Positions 53,603 to 61,576 of a DNA stretch of 64,000 bases are shown here, in pieces. The notes beneath the pieces are model-generated. The model was not told the origin of the DNA. It made no database searches and saw nothing but the letters and a program-made list of their open reading frames with translations. The position numbers and the translations under genes were made by a program. Each line of letters opens with the position of its first letter. Positions within the stretch are counted from its first letter, which is position 1. The stretch is from a virus, in IMG/VR virus record IMGVR_UViG_3300045988_175974. One strand, written 5' to 3'.

Positions 53603-56600
53603 TTAGAATGGGAGATCACTCTTATCTATGCCGGATACCGTAGCTGCTGCATTGTCATTCTGAGCATTTGGGGCAGCTACAAATCTACCCTGCTTGCGCT
53701 TCTGATACGCATTCCAGCGGTCTTCCTCTTCCTGGGTGAGGGTAACGATATTGCCTTCATCATCACGATATGGTAATGGGTCGGGACCTTCCACAAACTC
53801 CTTGGCTATACGCTTCAGTTCCTTGTAGTCGGTCGGTATCATATCCTTGCCAGGACGATAAAAGAAGAATACGTGCTTGGAAGTCTGAACGTAACGGATG
53901 AACTTCGGTTCTATCGTGTTATCATTCTCCCACTCCCTGCCTACGAAATATTCCTGCGTTACCCAAGCCTTCATCTTGAAGCAGTGGCGTTGCTTATCGC
54001 TCACGTTCTCGAAGAGGTGTTCCGGGTTGCACTTGATATTCGCCGTATCGCAGTACTTGTATATCTTCTTTTTGAAGGTAGCACGGCTATATTCCTTGCT
54101 CTTACCCTCGCTGGCATCAGCCCAGTCACGGATAAACTCATTGAACATTTCGTCGGCGCAGATTGGAACTCCATAGACTTCTTCACGTGAGAAGAAGAAC
54201 TCGAAGTAACGCACGCAGCTCTCCGTAATCTCCGTAATCATATCACGTCTTCGCAGGTTCAACTGAGGAGCCTTGCTCACTACGTGATAGCGCATCATGA
54301 ACTGCACGGCTAGGGCAGTGATGTAGATAGCCTGGTTTCTTGCTATATCAGGCAATTTTTCGGGGTCTGGGTTAAAACCCTTCAGAATATCACCAGGTGA
54401 TCGAGCCATCTTGCGCCTTAACGTATTTTCTCGTGCGAAGCGGTTAGAGAAGGCTATCTGCGGAAAACGTCCTGACGTGGAATCCACTCCACCATCGTAT
54501 GGGAAGTTGGATGATACGATATGCAGCGGCGAATCTTTCAGACTGAGCGTTTTTATATCTGCTCCCTTGCACTCTAGTGTAACACCGGTGGTTGCCATTA
54601 CATAGAAATAGTCCATCGGGAACGATTTCGGTCGGTCTTCCCAGTGTATCGTCCGATACATTCCTGGGTTATGCTGTATCTCTCCCAGACTGAACCGGGC
54701 ATCGGCAGTGGTGATGAATCGCTTCATATCAATATTCAGCACATTGACTGCAGAACCTACGAACACTCGCACCACCATGGATTTGCCCGAACCGCCACTA
54801 GCCTGCTTCTCGTCTTCAATCTGATCTTCCAGCAGATAGGGAATGCTCTGACTGTCTGAACCCGTCAGGTCTCTATAGCAAACCCTGCCTATGCCGGAAA
54901 CCATATTGACGAAATGGGCATTGATGATAGCCTTGTCTTCATCAGATAATTCAGACTTGCTTCTGTCGGCTTCCATCTCTTCCTGCCAAAGCACATTGGA
55001 GCAACCTCGCAGGATGCGGAGCATCGGCCACAATTCCCGGTCTTTCTTGCCTCGCCAGTCAACGTTCCATCGGTAGATGGTACCCCATTCCCGCAGATCA
55101 TTTTTCATCTGATTGATTTCAAAGATGCTGAATACAGGCGAACCGTCCTCATTCTTCTGAGCTTCCTTCTGTGCTATCTCATTTTCCCTGCGTGTATATT
55201 CATCGCTCTGTCTGATGATGAACGGCGGGTCGAAATGGCGCATCGTGAAGTCGTATGGCTTTCGGGCGGTGGCAGGGATGAAGAAGTTACACTGGTCGTA
55301 ACTGATTGGAGTGATATACTCCGGCGTTATCTTCAGCGCCACGTTGCGGAAGTAGAAGTATTCCACGTTCTCGCTGTAGCCTTCCGTAAAGTCGATGATG
55401 ATGCTCTGCAATCCTCCGGCTGATTTCTCTGAGAAATTCTTGTCTATCAGATTGGCGCAGTCGCTCATCAATTTTTGTTCCTGCTCATTGTGTCTCCAAC
55501 TCTGTTCGCAGAACTCCAAGAGCTTTTCCTTAGTTGCCTGTATGATGCTCTTTCCGTCGATGTACTCAACAAAGCATCGGTCGAGGTGGATAAACTGACC
55601 TACGAGGTCATTGCTCTCAGGGTCGATTTTGCGGTAATATCCGTGGCTCGTCATAAAGAGCCATACCTTGGTAGGTGAAATCTTGCAGGTGCAAGGTTTC
55701 AGCTTACCGCTGCGGGGGTCTCTCGGATATTCTATCTCGAAAGGGTCGGTGTTCTTGGCTCCCCGAAGCTTGGAGAATAACGGCAGACGAATATCGTAGT
55801 CGAACCGAAAATTATCTTCATCGGTCATGCGATAGGTGAGCATATAATCTCTTACGCTCCTCGGTGTGCAGCCGTAGAGCCACTGCCAGCGCTGGTTATA
55901 GCGCACACGGAAAGGCTCGGGAAGCATGGCATAGCAAATATCACTGAACTTAGTGGCGATGGCTCCGCAGTTGCGTTGCGATGTAATATCATTGGGATAG
56001 ATCATAATGACCCTTTCGGCAAATCGCTTCATCTTTTGATATTGCACGCCGCTGAAGTCCAGCTTTTTCTGCCTCCACTGACCTCTCTCGATATACCAGA
56101 AGTTTCCTCTTCCTACCGAGAAGGCTACGTGGTACCAACTATTCTTTTCAAAGAACTTATCGCCAGCTTTATCCTTACGTAGGGATTGCATGGCGTAATA
56201 AACACTCAGAGCATCTTCGGGCGTTCGACAGAACACGATGTTCTGAGCCTTAATTTCATTGAGCGGAATATCTACCTTATCGGAGTGAAAAGTGCCTTTC
56301 GGTTTATCATTCTTATCCAGATTCTCCACCCAAATTTCTTTTTTTTCCGTATAGACCTCATCAGGCTGATATTTCTTGATAGCCGCATAAACGGCGGTAT
56401 TCTCAGCCGTTCTGTTTTCGGCGGCATGAATGAACACCGGGTCGCCCATGAGCCACTTGCTCACCTTCCTCACGCTGTGATCCTCGCAGGTGGAGAAGAC
56501 GATAGGGTCTTGCTGCATAGCCGGACGGAAGAAGCATCCGCAGCTTCCTTGCGGCGCTATCACGTCTGTGGCGAAGCAGACGAACAGCGGATTCCAGGGC

Positions 56601-57283
56601 GTTCCATAAATCACTTCGCTTACCAGTTGCCCGTTTCTCACCACATTAGGCAGCGTTACCTGGTCCACGGCGTAGATACGGAAATCTTCGTTCAACATTC
56701 TCGTATTGAAGTCCTTCCCGAAGCCGTATTGCGGAATGCCTTTTACTGATGTAACCTCGCACCCCAGGGCTGCAAGCTCCTGGGGATTGAAATCAGTTTT
56801 TGGCATGAAAGAGAATGTCTCTATCGTCTGTGCGGCAATAGTGCGATAGTCCATCTTAGCAAAGAGCGCAGGCCATTTGGCTCTCGTCTTCTCGTTGTCG
56901 CCATACGCCTTTACCACGAGGTCGTGACAAAGGCGAAGCAGACTGGCTCCGTGCATCGGCAGCTTGCGCTTTGCGGCATAGAGTTCCAAGGCTCCGTAGC
57001 CATACTTACCGGTCTTGGTACACATCCAACGCAGGGCACCATGCTCTGCCTTGGTATTATTATCCACCCCTACGCCGTTATACATACCGCCACGCTCATT
57101 ATTGTATATAATGAGGTGTGGTGTCTGTTTTGCCTTGCCCTGCTCGCCATCGTCTGCCTCTTCCTTCTGGCAGAGCGGACAGAAACAGGCAGTCTGTCCC
57201 TCGATGCGCTGCTCATCGGCAGGTTTTACGAGGAATGCCATGTCGAGATTGGCAAGCTGGTTCAATATAGGGTGGAATAACAT
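53603..57283 (-). CDS. putative replicative primase-helicase (N-terminal Zn-finger region, central P-loop NTPase)
   Basis: 1226 aa; CFCPLCQ...H; Walker A ASGGSGKSMVV; C-terminal tip GIDKSDLPF. Family assignment not verified. Confidence 0.5.
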   Translation of the reverse strand: MLFHPILNQLANLDMAFLVKPADEQRIEGQTACFCPLCQKEEADDGEQGKAKQTPHLIIYNNERGGMYNGVGVDNNTKAEHGALRWMCTKTGKYGYGALELYAAKRKLPMHGASLLRLCHDLVVKAYGDNEKTRAKWPALFAKMDYRTIAAQTIETFSFMPKTDFNPQELAALGCEVTSVKGIPQYGFGKDFNTRMLNEDFRIYAVDQVTLPNVVRNGQLVSEVIYGTPWNPLFVCFATDVIAPQGSCGCFFRPAMQQDPIVFSTCEDHSVRKVSKWLMGDPVFIHAAENRTAENTAVYAAIKKYQPDEVYTEKKEIWVENLDKNDKPKGTFHSDKVDIPLNEIKAQNIVFCRTPEDALSVYYAMQSLRKDKAGDKFFEKNSWYHVAFSVGRGNFWYIERGQWRQKKLDFSGVQYQKMKRFAERVIMIYPNDITSQRNCGAIATKFSDICYAMLPEPFRVRYNQRWQWLYGCTPRSVRDYMLTYRMTDEDNFRFDYDIRLPLFSKLRGAKNTDPFEIEYPRDPRSGKLKPCTCKISPTKVWLFMTSHGYYRKIDPESNDLVGQFIHLDRCFVEYIDGKSIIQATKEKLLEFCEQSWRHNEQEQKLMSDCANLIDKNFSEKSAGGLQSIIIDFTEGYSENVEYFYFRNVALKITPEYITPISYDQCNFFIPATARKPYDFTMRHFDPPFIIRQSDEYTRRENEIAQKEAQKNEDGSPVFSIFEINQMKNDLREWGTIYRWNVDWRGKKDRELWPMLRILRGCSNVLWQEEMEADRSKSELSDEDKAIINAHFVNMVSGIGRVCYRDLTGSDSQSIPYLLEDQIEDEKQASGGSGKSMVVRVFVGSAVNVLNIDMKRFITTADARFSLGEIQHNPGMYRTIHWEDRPKSFPMDYFYVMATTGVTLECKGADIKTLSLKDSPLHIVSSNFPYDGGVDSTSGRFPQIAFSNRFARENTLRRKMARSPGDILKGFNPDPEKLPDIARNQAIYITALAVQFMMRYHVVSKAPQLNLRRRDMITEITESCVRYFEFFFSREEVYGVPICADEMFNEFIRDWADASEGKSKEYSRATFKKKIYKYCDTANIKCNPEHLFENVSDKQRHCFKMKAWVTQEYFVGREWENDNTIEPKFIRYVQTSKHVFFFYRPGKDMIPTDYKELKRIAKEFVEGPDPLPYRDDEGNIVTLTQEEEDRWNAYQKRKQGRFVAAPNAQNDNAAATVSGIDKSDLPF

Positions 57284-57343
57284 ATCTTATATCAAGAGTA
57301 TTTATAGAGTTAAAAGAGAAGGGGAAGGCACCACTCTAGACCT

Positions 57344-57370
57344 CGCCAGCGCCGGAATCGCTGGGAACGG
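57344..57370 (+). repeat. hairpin repeat copy 13 (shorter 6-bp stem)
   Basis: cgccagcgccggaatcgctgggaacgg; 61 nt upstream of ATG 57283. Confidence 0.8.
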
Positions 57371-57871
57371 CTGCATGAGGGTAGGCAAAACTTCAAGTGT
57401 TTGCACCTTTCCAGGTTATATTCCAGAGCGAGCGGTCGGAGCATTTGAAAATCTGTGGTACTCGCCCGCAGCAAAGATGCAGCATACGTAGTCGTGTGGC
57501 ATTACTGACTCACACTACCCTTGCATAAGAGCGTTTCCAGAATGCCTCCCCTATTCTCTTTATATCAATATTGTCAAAGAAAGAAGAACTTTCGGGGTAA
57601 TGCCGCCAAACTTCGAGGATGCCTTTTTACCGCATCGATAAGTATTCCTCAGGCTTTTTAATCAGACTTTTCACTTATCGTTCCGAGGTTGCGGTGGAGG
57701 GTATCAACTTATCAGTGAAGCTTTGCAGCGTTCACTCATTACCCGTCCAGTTCTTCCTGCCATTTAACCGATGGCTCGGTTGTCTAATAAAATAAAGTCG
57801 GATCGAGTGTATCGTACCGAAGTTTGCATGATGTCATGCAGAATATCTTTTATTTCTTCATATCTTCACGT

Positions 57872-58288
57872 TTATAAATTCAAGAATGTTTCCAGGCGAT
57901 AATGCCTTATCTTGCAGTTGCAGATGGTTTCCATGCGGTGTACTATCATCTGCGAGAGACTTTCCATCGTGAGAAAATCGGTATCTAGACCGATGATCTG
58001 CACCTCCTGCCTCCAATAGATCTTGCCGTTCTTCCGGCGGCAACTGTGCGAAGGCGTGATAATCATATCTTCCACGCTGCCCGTCATCATCCTGCAAAGA
58101 TACTCGCAGGTATCTTTCAATAGGGCGAAGGGAGCATAGAAGAGAAGAGTTGGAATGTCATCCCTCAGTCCGCTCATCGTCTCGGTATAGGCGAAGCGAT
58201 GGAGCATCTTATATCGGGATAGATTCCTGTGCCTCTGTTGTATGCCCGTCCGGTTAGGGATATAGGGCAAATCGAATAGCCTAGGCAT
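57872..58288 (-). CDS. hypothetical protein
   Basis: 138-aa ORF; 8-nt overlap with the exonuclease gene. Confidence 0.5.
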   Translation of the reverse strand: MPRLFDLPYIPNRTGIQQRHRNLSRYKMLHRFAYTETMSGLRDDIPTLLFYAPFALLKDTCEYLCRMMTGSVEDMIITPSHSCRRKNGKIYWRQEVQIIGLDTDFLTMESLSQMIVHRMETICNCKIRHYRLETFLNL

Positions 58289-58958
58289 AGCCTTCTCTTA
58301 TCTTCTTCATCATCTGCCAGGTGCTGTAGATACTTCGCTTGCAGTCGAAGAGCGGGTCGTGTGCCGCACCCTCGTCATCGGCGATGTCCTTGTAGTCCGT
58401 AGTCAGAGCATAAGCCTTGTCTAAGGAGAACTTCTCCGCGTTTGGCTCGGCTGCATCCCAGATGATTCTCGCAAGTTCAAGATAGAACGTGCGATGATCT
58501 CTCAGTTGGGTATGCTTAATCTGGAACTTGATGCCCAGCTTCCAGCAGATATATCTCAGAATAGCCGGGTCAAAGTCTGTACCCTGTGCCCAAAGGCAGA
58601 GGTCTTCATCACCGAGTTTCAGCTTGACGTATGCTATCCATCCGAAGAAATCGTTTACTACCACATCAATAGGCTGGCAAGGTGACTCGTCGCTGTCGCT
58701 ATCGAGCAAGGCAGCTTTTGCCTCGTCACTCTGCTTTGCCCACCAGTCTGCCGTCGATTGATCAAAGGCGAACCCATTCAGGAACATGCTTCGCAGGTCA
58801 ACGTGGGCAGAGAATGTGGAACTTCTCAATACGCCGTCTCCTTCATCGAAGAAAGGCGACTCTTTACCGTAGCGCTTCCACGCCACCGCGCCGATACTCA
58901 TCACGGCAGCGGTGGGAGAAAGCGAACAGGTTTCAAAATCAACAGTTACATCTATCAT
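58281..58958 (-). CDS. DEDDh 3'-5' exonuclease
   Basis: ExoI VDFETCS, ExoII GTDFDPAIL, ExoIII AHDPLFDC. Confidence 0.8.
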   Translation of the reverse strand: MIDVTVDFETCSLSPTAAVMSIGAVAWKRYGKESPFFDEGDGVLRSSTFSAHVDLRSMFLNGFAFDQSTADWWAKQSDEAKAALLDSDSDESPCQPIDVVVNDFFGWIAYVKLKLGDEDLCLWAQGTDFDPAILRYICWKLGIKFQIKHTQLRDHRTFYLELARIIWDAAEPNAEKFSLDKAYALTTDYKDIADDEGAAHDPLFDCKRSIYSTWQMMKKIREGYA

Positions 58959-59449
58959 TTGTAGTTATGAATGTTTAAGAGTGCCTTGATGCCTTCCTGC
59001 TCCCACGGTTTCCAATCATCGGCGGTAAACCGCTTGATGATGGTGGTGCGGCTCATACCGCGTTCCTCCATGAAGGCAAAGAACTTCATGCAGAGACCGC
59101 TGCTGGCTTTTTTCAGACAGGTGTAGAATACACCTGGCTCCTCGCTCTTGGCAGCCTCTGTCAGATAACCTTTCTTTCCAATCTCGTTACCCAGGGCATC
59201 GGTCTCCACATACTCGGACAATAGGTTAGCTACTTCCGGTATAGCTAAGAACTGCTTTTTGCAGTTCTTGATGCCTAGGATTTCCCAGGCATCGAAACCC
59301 TTCTGGAAGAAACGAAGGTAAAAAGTCGATATAGTGAAGCCTTTGGCTGATAAAAACTCAGCTAAGTTCTTCTTTTCGTCAGCAGAAATATCATTTACCT
59401 CTAACGGAGTATTATTCTGCGTAACTTTTTCTATAATTTCCTTTGTCAT
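58955..59449 (-). CDS. hypothetical protein, possible DNA-binding (first gene leftward of the divergent control region)
   Basis: The track ORF runs to 59506, but the -7 box lies inside that extension. ATG 59449 (MTKEIIEK...) sits 27 nt downstream of it. GMSRTTIIKRF is a possible HTH. Confidence 0.5.
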   Translation of the reverse strand: MTKEIIEKVTQNNTPLEVNDISADEKKNLAEFLSAKGFTISTFYLRFFQKGFDAWEILGIKNCKKQFLAIPEVANLLSEYVETDALGNEIGKKGYLTEAAKSEEPGVFYTCLKKASSGLCMKFFAFMEERGMSRTTIIKRFTADDWKPWEQEGIKALLNIHNYK

Positions 59450-59475
59450 CTCAATTTTATTTCTTAATTTTGGTG

Positions 59476-59507
59476 CAAATTTAGGAAATAAAATCATAAC
59501 TACCAAA
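59476..59507 (-). promoter_or_regulatory. canonical Bacteroides-type promoter TTTG-N20-TAAATTTG
   Basis: Minus strand TTTGGTAGTTATGATTTTATTTCCTAAATTTG. Matches the -33 TTTG / -7 TAnnTTTG consensus and spacing. Confidence 0.6.
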
Positions 59508-59620
59508 TGTTACCTATATTTTCTTTCAGAAATTAGGGGAATTTAACATAGGTAAGGTATATTAATTGATTTTCAGATGAGCAAGTTAGAGTTTTTAAAC
59601 CTTTTAAATATAGTTGAGAT

Positions 59621-60304
59621 ATGAAGTACTTTTATAACTACAGCTTCCTCGACAAATGGATGGAAGCCAACAGAAAAATCACCAATAAGCAAATTATGAA
59701 GGCTATGGGTACTACGAGTAATGCGTGCCTGGATAGCTGGATAAGAATGAAGTCGCCACTGCCTACCATCGCCATGCTGCGCTTCTGCAATGCGTTTCAC
59801 GTTCCGCTATCGGCATTTATTGTAGATGCGGATGCTCAGACGGAAGAGAACGATGAGGGCATAGAGCACGTGCTGCCTGGCATAGATGACCAGTTTGAAC
59901 CAGATGGCGGATATATAGATAATGATGAGAAGCGCAAACTGGGTACGCGTGCCCTGCGCAATCCGCTCGATGTGGAGAGAGTGAAATCGGTGGTACCGGG
60001 GTGGACCAGCGATGGAATCGCTGGGAACGGGGGCGCAAAGGGGCGCAAGCAAAAAGAAGAGTACAAAAGAGAGGATGCCCCTGCCCCTATGAATGAGACT
60101 ACCCCTACTCCGATTGCGGAGCCAGTTCCAAATGCTGATCCGGACATCAGTATGGCTACCCTTAACCGCATGCTCGATATTATCGCCGAACAGCAGAAGC
60201 AGATAGGCGATCAGCAGAAGCTCATCAGTGAACTGACTCATCGCTTGAACATTCAGCAGAACGGCTTGGGTATGGTGGCGGAAGATATACACCATCGGGA
60301 GTAG
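59621..60304 (+). CDS. XRE-like HTH regulator with C-terminal coiled coil (hairpin repeat copy 14 in its linker)
   Basis: ITNKQIMKAMGTTSNACLDSWIRMKSPLPTIAMLRFCNAFHVPLSAFI resembles the HTH_XRE layout. Divergent from the leftward genes. C-terminal heptads IAEQQKQIGDQQKLISELTHRL. Confidence 0.55.
   Translation: MKYFYNYSFLDKWMEANRKITNKQIMKAMGTTSNACLDSWIRMKSPLPTIAMLRFCNAFHVPLSAFIVDADAQTEENDEGIEHVLPGIDDQFEPDGGYIDNDEKRKLGTRALRNPLDVERVKSVVPGWTSDGIAGNGGAKGRKQKEEYKREDAPAPMNETTPTPIAEPVPNADPDISMATLNRMLDIIAEQQKQIGDQQKLISELTHRLNIQQNGLGMVAEDIHHRE
60003..60034 (+). repeat. hairpin repeat copy 14 (inside a plus-strand gene, same DNA orientation)
   Basis: ggaccagcgatggaatcgctgggaacgggggc, read as WTSDGIAGNGG. 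Confidence 0.95.
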
Positions 60305-60308
60305 TTAA

Positions 60309-60333
60309 GGCTTTTGCCCTTTCAGGGCGTGTA
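60309..60333 (+). repeat. solo copy of hairpin 3 of the three-hairpin element
   Basis: ggcttttgccctttcagggcgtgt matches 8012-8036 of copy A. Confidence 0.8.
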
Positions 60334-60371
60334 AAAAAGCAGCCAGCTATCCATCACGGACGGCTGGCTGC
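60333..60371 (-). terminator. intrinsic terminator after 60476..61036
   Basis: 9-bp stem GCAGCCAGC/GCTGGCTGC (60339-60347 / 60363-60371), followed on the minus strand by TTTTTT. Confidence 0.7.
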
Positions 60372-60475
60372 AACATCGTATAACCTTTTAAACTTTTTGA
60401 AAAAAACTAGTAATACTAAACCTAAATAAAAACTAAATAAAAACTTAAATAAAAACCTTAATTATATATGAAATA

Positions 60476-61036
60476 CTACTTTTGCTCATTGGTTGCTGCC
60501 ATTCTGCGGCGAAGGAACTCCTTCTCCTCGATTACCTGGCAGTCGCCGCTTGTGCTCTCGTAAGGCACATCGGTATAGTAGAAGCCGTGATGCAGGAAGA
60601 GTGGTGGCGTTGTGGTGCCGAAGGTGAACGGAAGCTGCGCTTCCTTTCCATCCTTGCCCTTTGCCATTTTTGGTTTGAACTGCAGGATAGCGATGAGTGC
60701 CGTTTCATTTACGATCGGAAGTGATAGCATCTCTTTCTCCAGTTCGCTGTTCTCATCAGGAATGAAGAGTGATGTGCTCTGCATTCCGTCTTTGGTAGGT
60801 GTCTGAACGTTCGCCCATCCTTCCTTACTGATGGTGTTCTTGAACTCTACCATCACTACACCTCCGGCAAAGCCTTCGGGTGACTCGTAGTAGGTATTGG
60901 CTCCCTGCTTCTCTGCCCAGGCTCTTGCCTTCTCGCTTGCTTCACTGCATTCGGCAAGAAATGCTTTCAGCTTCTTGCCTGTCTCACTCTCCTCTGCTAT
61001 CTTCAGATAGTTGTGAGGTCTGTTATCTTTACCCAT
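60476..61036 (-). CDS. hypothetical protein
   Basis: 186-aa ORF. Confidence 0.55.
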   Translation of the reverse strand: MGKDNRPHNYLKIAEESETGKKLKAFLAECSEASEKARAWAEKQGANTYYESPEGFAGGVVMVEFKNTISKEGWANVQTPTKDGMQSTSLFIPDENSELEKEMLSLPIVNETALIAILQFKPKMAKGKDGKEAQLPFTFGTTTPPLFLHHGFYYTDVPYESTSGDCQVIEEKEFLRRRMAATNEQK

Positions 61037-61080
61037 AAATCCTTGTATTTTAAATAATTAGAAATCTATTGTATAATTTT

Positions 61081-61145
61081 CGAGAAATATTGCGTATATT
61101 TTCGGCGAAATATTGCGTATATTTTCGGCGAAATATTGTATTTTC
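61081..61145. repeat. three tandem 23-bp repeats, each containing the near-palindrome CGAAATATTGCG
   Basis: cgagaaatattgcgtatattttc ggcgaaatattgcgtatattttc ggcgaaatattgtattttc; 45-110 nt upstream of ATG 61036. Confidence 0.9.
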
Positions 61146-61171
61146 TGCTAGGTGAGGGGGAAGCCCGCTAG

Positions 61172-61243
61172 GCGTTCCGGCGGATTTGAAATCCGCCGTC
61201 TAAAAAGGCTCGACATATTTCCTTGCGGATTTGAAATCCGCAG
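61172..61243. repeat. two copies of the palindrome GCGGATTTGAAATCCGC
   Basis: ccggcggatttgaaatccgccg and ttgcggatttgaaatccgcagcc, just after the stop codon of 61256..61576. Confidence 0.85.
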
Positions 61244-61255
61244 CCATAAGGCTTT

Positions 61256-61576
61256 TTAAATCTTCGCCTTGCAATAGATGACTGGCTCCCCGCTTTCATC
61301 GTTCCGCATTTTGAAGCCACGATAACCTAACTCCAGGAGATATAGGCTCAACGGGTCGCCAAGCGGACAGACTACTGCTTTGAAGTAACTTCGCAGTTGG
61401 TAATCGGTGTAGGTATCGCAACCTTCCGTCCAATGATCCTGCGGTTCATACTGATTGCAGAAGGCTTCTATCTTTGCCGGAATGACAAAATCCTGCAGCG
61501 TAACTTCTGCCTGCTCCTCGTTATCTACGAGGTCGTAATCATTTCTATTTTTTCTGCCCTTGCCCATTGTCGTCAT
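61256..61576 (-). CDS. hypothetical protein
   Basis: 106-aa ORF overlapping the 3' end of the lipoprotein gene. Confidence 0.5.
   Translation of the reverse strand: MTTMGKGRKNRNDYDLVDNEEQAEVTLQDFVIPAKIEAFCNQYEPQDHWTEGCDTYTDYQLRSYFKAVVCPLGDPLSLYLLELGYRGFKMRNDESGEPVIYCKAKI

Noticed and set aside
2264-60034. Hairpin repeats as a CRISPR array, solitary CRISPR repeats, or intrinsic terminators.
   Set aside because: Spacing ranges from 0.8 to 14 kb, with genes in between, and there is no leader or cas context. No T/U run follows the stem on either strand, and a separate genuine terminator follows the capsid gene. A solitary-repeat decoy cannot be excluded without knowing host CRISPR repeats, but 14 dispersed copies at gene boundaries argue against it.
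61172-61243. GCGGATTTGAAATCCGC palindromes as tRNA anticodon arms or tRNA gene fragments.
   Set aside because: No acceptor, D or T-arm sequences (such as GGTTCGAATCC) flank them. I found no tRNA-like cloverleaf anywhere in the window.
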